Assembly (NCBI GenBank): GCA_049325335.1
Contig: JBMOMC010000043.1
Location: 245,852-309,851 of the forward strand
Length of the DNA stretch: 64,000 bases
Source of the DNA: Nitrospirota bacterium
GTDB taxonomy: Bacteria; Nitrospirota; Nitrospiria; 2-01-FULL-66-17
Direction of reading: 5' to 3'
Within the stretch, counting starts at the first letter, position 1, and each line of letters opens with the position of its first letter. The position numbers were made by a program, and so were the translations under genes. Shown here piece after piece: positions 58,414 through 64,000 of the stretch. The notes beneath the pieces are model-generated. The model had not been told where the DNA came from. It did no database searches and was given only the letters and a program-made list of their open reading frames with translations.

Positions 58414-59825
58414 GATGCGGGCGGCTCCGCGCAGCCCGCCGCATCATCGTGGATCTCGCGGGCTTCGGCCGTGACGGCGCCGCGGCCGAGCGTGATCAAC
58501 AGGCGATCGCCGGGGGCTACGTCCGCGGCGGTTCGCACGATGCGGCGCGAGGGCAGCAGTCGGGTCAAGCTGTAACCGCGTCCGAGGATGGCCAACGGGC
58601 TCAACGCATCCGCGCGCGCGGCGAGCGAGACGGCGCGATGCTTGGCGTCCGCCAACGTTGCGCGAATGCGTTCTGCCAATCGTTCGGCCGCGCGTTGATG
58701 CGCGAGGCGCGCGGTCTCAATGCGTCGGCTCGGGTGCGCGGCTGACACGGCGCGGGCCAAGTAGTGTCGCTGGTCGCGACGGCCCGCGAGCAGGCGCGTG
58801 ATGGACTCCCGCAACCGAGCGGACAAGTCGTCCACGCGTAGCGCCGCGCTTTCGATCAGCCGCTCCGGGGTTCGCAGTGCGCGAAGTTCCGTGGACACCC
58901 GCGCGCGCCGGTCGGCCAGCGAGGCGCGGGCCGCCTCCACGAGGCGTTCGCTCGCGGTCTCCGCCGCGGCCACGAGTTGGTCGCGGTGCGGCGTCACCAA
59001 TTCGGCCGCGGCCGAGGGCGTGGGGGCCCGCAGGTCCGCGACGAAATCCGCGATCGTATAGTCGGTCTCGTGGCCCACCGCCGAGACCACCGGGATGCCG
59101 GAGGCCACGATCGCACGCGCCACGATCTCCTCGTTGAATGCCCACAGATCTTCCAGCGAGCCGCCACCGCGGGCCACGATGAGCACGTCCGGGCGCAGTC
59201 GCTCGGTCAGCGCGTTGGCGTCGTCAATCGCGTCCGCGATCCGCCCGGCCGCGCCGGGACCCTGCACGGGCACGGGGAGCAGCAATACCGGGATCGTGGG
59301 GAAACGGCGTTTGAGCACGTGCAGGATGTCGCGGATCACCGCGCCGGATGGCGAGGTGATCACGCCGATGCGAGTCGGGAGAAAGGGGATCGCCCGTTTG
59401 CGTTCCGCGTCGAACAATCCTTCGCGCGCCAGACGTTCCTTGAGTTGCTCGAACGCCAGTTGCAGCGCGCCCGCGCCTCTGGGTTCCACATAGTCCACCG
59501 CGAGCTGGTACTCGCCGCGCGGCTCGTACACCGTGATGTGGCCACGGCAGATCACGGACAACCCGTCCTTTAAGGCGAACTTCACGACCCGCGCCACGGA
59601 CCGGAACACCACGGCGCGGAGCTGGCTTTGCGCGTCCTTGAGGGTCAGGTAATAGTGGCCGGAGCCGGGGTTGCGGAGGTTGGAGATCTCTCCCTCGACC
59701 CAGACGTCGCTAAAGTCGCCTTCGAGGCGCCGACGCACGAGTCCGGTCAGGCCGGAGACGGTGAGAATCTGTCGCGATGGGGGAGTGGGTGCGTCGGATT
59801 GGGCGGAGAACTCGAAGAGGTCCAT
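58410..59825 (-). CDS. xseA: Exodeoxyribonuclease VII large subunit
   Basis: V.GEISN, GH.Y.TLKD, RGGGS.EDLW.FN, SAVGHETD, APTPSAAAE. Confidence 0.96.
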   Translation of the reverse strand: MDLFEFSAQSDAPTPPSRQILTVSGLTGLVRRRLEGDFSDVWVEGEISNLRNPGSGHYYLTLKDAQSQLRAVVFRSVARVVKFALKDGLSVICRGHITVYEPRGEYQLAVDYVEPRGAGALQLAFEQLKERLAREGLFDAERKRAIPFLPTRIGVITSPSGAVIRDILHVLKRRFPTIPVLLLPVPVQGPGAAGRIADAIDDANALTERLRPDVLIVARGGGSLEDLWAFNEEIVARAIVASGIPVVSAVGHETDYTIADFVADLRAPTPSAAAELVTPHRDQLVAAAETASERLVEAARASLADRRARVSTELRALRTPERLIESAALRVDDLSARLRESITRLLAGRRDQRHYLARAVSAAHPSRRIETARLAHQRAAERLAERIRATLADAKHRAVSLAARADALSPLAILGRGYSLTRLLPSRRIVRTAADVAPGDRLLITLGRGAVTAEAREIHDDAAGCAEPPAS

Positions 59826-59838
59826 GCGGAACTCCGAC

Positions 59839-59865
59839 GGAGGGGCGACCGCCGGTCGCCCCTAC
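59839..59865. repeat. GTAG-type REP supplying the ymdB stop codon
   Basis: GGAGGGGCGACCGCCGGTCGCCCCTAC. Confidence 0.8.
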
Positions 59866-60650
59866 AACGGGTCGGTGATGCGAATGCGGCGGATGCTCGT
59901 AGCGCGGCCGGTCGAGCCATCGACCTCGACCACGGCGCCCGAGAGGACCGATGGGCCGGTCGCGGTCTCGAACTTTTTCGGCATCTGCGTGAGAAACTTG
60001 GTGATGGCTTCGTCCTTTTTCACGCCGATAATCGAATTGATCGGGCCGGTCATGCCCACGTCGGTGAGAAACGCGGTGCCCTGCGGCAAGATACGTTCAT
60101 CCGCGGTTTGCACGTGCGTGTGTGTGCCGAGCACGGCGCTCACTCTCCCATCGAAGTGCCAGCCGATCGCGGATTTCTCGGATGTGGCCTCGCCATGCAT
60201 GTCTACTAGGATCACGTGGGTCTCGGTACGAAGCTTTTCCAATTCGCGTTCGCCAACCCGAAACGGACAGTCGAGCGAGCCCGGCATGTATACGCGACCC
60301 ATCAGGTGCAGCACGCCGACCTTCTCCCCGGACGCCGTGGTCACCACCGTGCGCCCCGCGCCGGGTACGCCGTCCGGATAATTAGCCGGACGCAGGAGCC
60401 TCGGGTGGTCGCGAAGGTATCCGAAAATTTCTTTCTTGTCCCAGACGTGGTTGCCGGTGGTCAACACGTCGAACCCCATCGCGAACAATTCCTCCGCGAT
60501 TTTCGGGGTGACGCCGAATCCTCCGGCCGCGTTTTCCGCGTTGCCCACCGCCAGGTCGATGCGGTGTTCGTGCTTCAACACGTGGAGGTGCTGGCTCAAG
60601 ATCCGCCGGCCGGGTTCGCCGATGATGTCGCCGATGAGGAGGAGGTTCAT
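59862..60650 (-). CDS. ymdB: YmdB/TIGR00282 metallophosphoesterase
   Basis: GDIIG..G, NAEN, TGNH.WD, RPANYP, H.EATSEK, GTHTHV, DVGM. Confidence 0.95.
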   Translation of the reverse strand: MNLLLIGDIIGEPGRRILSQHLHVLKHEHRIDLAVGNAENAAGGFGVTPKIAEELFAMGFDVLTTGNHVWDKKEIFGYLRDHPRLLRPANYPDGVPGAGRTVVTTASGEKVGVLHLMGRVYMPGSLDCPFRVGERELEKLRTETHVILVDMHGEATSEKSAIGWHFDGRVSAVLGTHTHVQTADERILPQGTAFLTDVGMTGPINSIIGVKKDEAITKFLTQMPKKFETATGPSVLSGAVVEVDGSTGRATSIRRIRITDPL

Positions 60651-60666
60651 TGGTTGTGGTTTGGTT

Positions 60667-60694
60667 GTAGGGGCGCAGCATGCCGCGCCCCTAC
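60667..60694. repeat. GTAG-type REP palindrome
   Basis: GTAGGGGCGCAGCATGCCGCGCCCCTAC. Confidence 0.85.
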
Positions 60695-60707
60695 ACGGCC
60701 GGATGAC

Positions 60708-62273
60708 CTACTTCGCATACTCCACGTACCGACTCTCGCGGATCACGGTGATCTTGATCTGCCCGGGGTACGTGAGCTCGTTTTCCACGCGCTTAGCCAT
60801 CTCGCGCGAAATTTGCGCGGACTCGGCTTCGGACACGCCGTCCTGGTTCACGATCACGCGGATCTCGCGGCCGGCTCGGATCGCATACGCCTTGTCCACG
60901 CCTTTGAACGAGGTGGCAATCTGCTCCAAGTTCTCCAGGCGCTTGATGTAGGACTCGTACGCCTCGCGCCGTGCTCCCGGCCTTGCCGCGGACAGGCCTT
61001 CCGCTACCGCGACCAGTACGCCTTCGGGCGAGGTCCACTCGATGTCGCCGTGGTGTGCCATGATCGCGTTGATGACGTGCGGGTGCTCGCCGCACTTGCG
61101 CGCGTATTCGCCGCCCAGGTTGGGGTGCGTGCCCTCTTCTTCGTGGCTGATCGCCTTGCCCACGTCGTGCAGGATCGCCGCGCGTTTGGCGAGCTTGACG
61201 TCCAACCTGAGTTCGGTGGCCATGATGCCGCAAATGATCGCGGCCTCCCGCGCGTGGACCAGGTTGTTCTGGCCGTAACTGGTGCGGTACTTGAGTTTGC
61301 CCAGCAATTTGACCATCTCCGGGTGCATGTTCTGAATGCCCAGGTCGAACAGGACTTTCTCAGCCTCTTCGACCATGAGCTTTTCGGTGTCCTTGCGGAC
61401 CTTTTCAACCACCTCTTCGATACGCGCCGGGTGGATGCGGCCGTCGTGCATCAAGCGTTCGAGCGCGACCTTGGCCACTTCGCGGCGGAACGGGTCGAAG
61501 CCCGAGATCAGAATCGCCTCCGGTGTGTCGTCGATGACCAGATCGATGCCGGTCGCGGCTTCCAGGGCGCGAATGTTGCGTCCCTCGCGGCCGATGATTC
61601 GGCCCTTCATTTCTTCGTTGGGCAATTGGACGACCGACACCGTGGCTTCCTGGACGTAGTCGTGGGCGTACCGTTGCAGCGACGACACGATGATTTCGCG
61701 GGCCGTGCGTTCGGCGGCCTCCTTCGCCTCGTCTTCGATGCGTTTAGTGAGCTTGACCGCCTCGAACCGGGCATCTTGTTCCATCGCGGCGATCAGGCTC
61801 TTTTTGGCTTCCTCGGCGGTCATGCCACTGAGCGCTTCGAGCTGCGCCCGCTGCTGGAGGAGCGCCTGATCGACCTGGGTTTCCTTGTCCGTGACTGTGC
61901 GCTCGCGGATCGCCAGCTCTCGTTCTTTCCGCGTGAGGTCGGATTCTTTACGGTCGGCCGTACTGATCTTCTTGTCGAGCGATTGTTCCCGCTGGTTCAG
62001 GCGCCGCTCCTGCTCAATCAACTCGTTGCGGCGGTCGCGGTTCTCTTGCTCAAACGCCTGGCGGGCCTGATACAGCTTGTCTTTGGCTTCGAGTTCCGCT
62101 TCCTTTTGTAGCCGTTCGATGTCCTTGCGCGCGGTCTCGACGAGCCGAGCAGCCTCTTGTTTGGCCTGGTCGCCCGCCTGTTTGGTCACCATGCGCGAGA
62201 TGACAAACCCGATCCCCAGCCCTCCGGCCACGGCGATGATCGCGAGCAGTATCGTTCCAATCGTGGTAGTAAT
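60708..62273 (-). CDS. rny: Ribonuclease Y (probable ATT start)
   Basis: TM, coiled coil, KH (KGRIIGREGRNI), HD (HDVGK); SD GGGAGG 7 nt before an in-frame ATT. Confidence 0.95.
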   Translation of the reverse strand: MTTTIGTILLAIIAVAGGLGIGFVISRMVTKQAGDQAKQEAARLVETARKDIERLQKEAELEAKDKLYQARQAFEQENRDRRNELIEQERRLNQREQSLDKKISTADRKESDLTRKERELAIRERTVTDKETQVDQALLQQRAQLEALSGMTAEEAKKSLIAAMEQDARFEAVKLTKRIEDEAKEAAERTAREIIVSSLQRYAHDYVQEATVSVVQLPNEEMKGRIIGREGRNIRALEAATGIDLVIDDTPEAILISGFDPFRREVAKVALERLMHDGRIHPARIEEVVEKVRKDTEKLMVEEAEKVLFDLGIQNMHPEMVKLLGKLKYRTSYGQNNLVHAREAAIICGIMATELRLDVKLAKRAAILHDVGKAISHEEEGTHPNLGGEYARKCGEHPHVINAIMAHHGDIEWTSPEGVLVAVAEGLSAARPGARREAYESYIKRLENLEQIATSFKGVDKAYAIRAGREIRVIVNQDGVSEAESAQISREMAKRVENELTYPGQIKITVIRESRYVEYAK

Positions 62274-62344
62274 GGTCGGTCCTCCCTACCTCGCTTGCGA
62301 AGTGCGGTGAAACCACTACCCGCGGTTGTGGGCGACGGGTGAAA

Positions 62345-62535
62345 CGAGGATGGGTGAGCGGGGTCGGTGTGAGGCGCGGTTAGGGTGTGGGAGGAGACGG
62401 GCTACAGTCCACGCAACGGTGGGTTGTGTCCACGGACCTCACACACGCTATCGCAAAAGCCGAAACCGTTGAAGTTTCGGCCGATTTTCCACTCACTGAT
62501 CCGACAAACCGTAAACCGTTCATCACACCCATATC
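62345..62535 (-). other. Candidate structured RNA leader between 6S RNA and rny
   Basis: Nested inverted repeats: 62350-56/62526-32, 62363-67/62501-05, 62367-74/62437-44, hairpin 62459-81. Confidence 0.5.
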
Positions 62536-62577
62536 ACTCCGGGCGTCGCCCGACAACGCCCCCATTCAATCTTCCGG

Positions 62578-62758
62578 TGACCCCCACCGTGCCGTGGCGG
62601 CGGAATTGTTTGAAGCCCAAAAGGCTTCGTGGGGGCCTTCGGAGAGACTTTAGGCTTCCCCGTCATGCGGGGCTTGCACACCATCCCTACCGGGAAGGCT
62701 CCCGGTTCGATACTGTTACCTCAAACATCCCACCCGCTCGCGCACACAGCAGGGGCAC
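62578..62758 (-). ncRNA. ssrS: 6S RNA
   Basis: Directly downstream of zapA; terminal stem CCCCTGCTGTG...CACGGTGGGGG; internal TTTGA/TCAAA pairing; rod-like fold. Confidence 0.8.
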
Positions 62759-62809
62759 ACTGAGCGAGCTTAGCAAAAGGTCGGGGGGAATTCAAGACGA
62801 TCCGTCCGG

Positions 62810-63121
62810 CTACAGCGAGAGGTCGAGATCGTCGAACTGTTCTTCGATGCTGTCAATCAGGTCTTTCGTGCGTTTGGAGGCGTGCGCGATGGCGTGGTCT
62901 TTTTTCGAGCCGTCGTCCGTCAGTTTTGCGTTATCGTGCGCCAGGTTGATGGCGGCGAGAATCGCCAGTTTGGCCAGCGGAGTGCCGGGAAGGTGGCCGG
63001 ACGCTTCGCGGATTTTGCGATCCACGATGGCGGCCAGTCGGCGCACGTATTCGGGGTCGCCGTCTCCCTTGAGGATATAGCGATCGCCGAAAATTTCCAC
63101 CGTGACGGTTTGTGGCGTCAT
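62810..63121 (-). CDS. zapA: Cell division protein ZapA
   Basis: V.IFG..Y......EY...LA..VD.K......LAILAAINLA. Confidence 0.9.
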   Translation of the reverse strand: MTPQTVTVEIFGDRYILKGDGDPEYVRRLAAIVDRKIREASGHLPGTPLAKLAILAAINLAHDNAKLTDDGSKKDHAIAHASKRTKDLIDSIEEQFDDLDLSL

Positions 63122-63282
63122 GGCATGCCTCCGGATTGGGCGTCGTCATCGTGCCCCTCGTGCGCGCGCGCCAGGGCGTCAATGTCGCGCAGCCGTTCGA
63201 TCACCTTCGCGGCGCGGCCGCCCCGTTGTTCCAGGGCGGTCAGTAGGTCGTCGAGCGGCGCGTTGGCGGTGTGGGGCGTCAT
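63118..63282 (-). CDS. Short ZapB-like coiled-coil protein (54 aa, possibly internally deleted)
   Basis: MTPHTANAPLDDLLTALEQRGGRAAKVIERLRDIDAL...; ATGA overlap with zapA and contains the zapA SD. Confidence 0.5.
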   Translation of the reverse strand: MTPHTANAPLDDLLTALEQRGGRAAKVIERLRDIDALARAHEGHDDDAQSGGMP

Positions 63283-63284
63283 GG

Positions 63285-64000
63285 TCAGGGGAGGGGCTGG
63301 AGTTGATTCGCGCGGTCCAGGAGTTCCTGCACGCTCGCGGCTTCTCCCGGGTAGGTGCAGGTTCCCACGGCGAGCCGGACTTCGATCGGATCGCCGTCCG
63401 CGTTGCGCAGGCGGAACGCGCCGAGGGCCTGGTGGAGGCGATCCAACACGTCTTGCATGGTGTCGCCGGTGTCGGGCATCACCACCGCGAAGCGGGCGTC
63501 CTCCAAACGGGCCAAAATGTCTACGTTGCGAAAGGTCTCGCGCACGATGCCCGCCAGCGCGCGCAGCAGTTCGTCTCGGCCTTGGGCCGTAAACGGGCGG
63601 CTCAGCTCCTGGAAATCCACCACCTCCATAATCAGCAGCGAGACCTTGCGTTGGTACCGTTCGGCGCGACGGATTTCTTCCGGCAACCGCAGATCCAGGT
63701 AGCGGCGGTTGCGGAGTCCCGTGACGTCGTCGATGGTGATGAGTCCTTGTCGCTCGCGAATTTCCTGGATTTGGACCAATGCGCGCGCCAGATAAAACGA
63801 AAATTTTTCCAGGATCTCTTGGTCGTCGCGATCGAACGCGCCGCAGGCAAAGGAGTGGTATAACACCTTGTTGTACGCGGATACGGTGCCGACCAGTTGG
63901 TCGCCGGAGAACAACGGTCCGGCCAACACCGAGCGGTAGGGGAACGCCGCCGGAAGGGACACGCCGAACGCGTCGAGCCGATCGCTGCGCAGAAACGTTT
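63285..64000 (-). CDS. GAF + degenerate GGDEF protein (5' end outside window)
   Basis: D.VTGL.NRR, R.ERY, RNVD I-site, LEDAR in place of GGDEF. Confidence 0.85.
   Translation of the reverse strand, partial: TFLRSDRLDAFGVSLPAAFPYRSVLAGPLFSGDQLVGTVSAYNKVLYHSFACGAFDRDDQEILEKFSFYLARALVQIQEIRERQGLITIDDVTGLRNRRYLDLRLPEEIRRAERYQRKVSLLIMEVVDFQELSRPFTAQGRDELLRALAGIVRETFRNVDILARLEDARFAVVMPDTGDTMQDVLDRLHQALGAFRLRNADGDPIEVRLAVGTCTYPGEAASVQELLDRANQLQPLP

Noticed and set aside
58410..59825. Missing xseB next to xseA
   Set aside because: xseB is frequently unlinked, so its absence is uninformative within one window
1..64000. CRISPR array, tRNA, rRNA, transposase or integrase
   Set aside because: No regularly spaced direct repeats, cloverleafs or DDE/Tyr/Ser recombinase motifs seen; the repeats found are dispersed palindromes

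Overview
A 64-kb high-GC bacterial chromosomal segment, mostly housekeeping. The lineage is probably Nitrospirota-like, inferred from gene content and the order zapA-6S-rny-ymdB-xseA. Housekeeping genes include larB/larC, rsmA, thrB, trxA, recN, rpmB, recG, ppx/gppA, mltD, suhB, ygfZ, a PhoB/PhoR-like pair with uppP, transaldolase, glycerate kinase, xseA, ymdB, rny, 6S RNA and zapA. Main findings: (1) a complete c-di-GMP-I riboswitch, with promoter, aptamer, antiterminator and terminator readable as an OFF switch, controlling an orphan lipoprotein of about 846 aa; (2) RNase Y appears to start at AUU behind a long multi-branched leader that follows 6S RNA; (3) EndoQ is translationally coupled to a short UvrD that seems to lack its 2B subdomain; (4) two small integrase-free accessory patches, one a lone GIY-YIG nuclease and the other a putative PD-(D/E)XK nuclease, a Mrr-type nuclease and two PIN TA modules, one with an amber-interrupted toxin; (5) three families of REP-like palindromes, several supplying TAG stop codons; (6) leaderless-type starts and a probable CUG start. 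No rRNA, tRNA, CRISPR array or transposase was seen. All calls come from reading motifs; no database searches were run.
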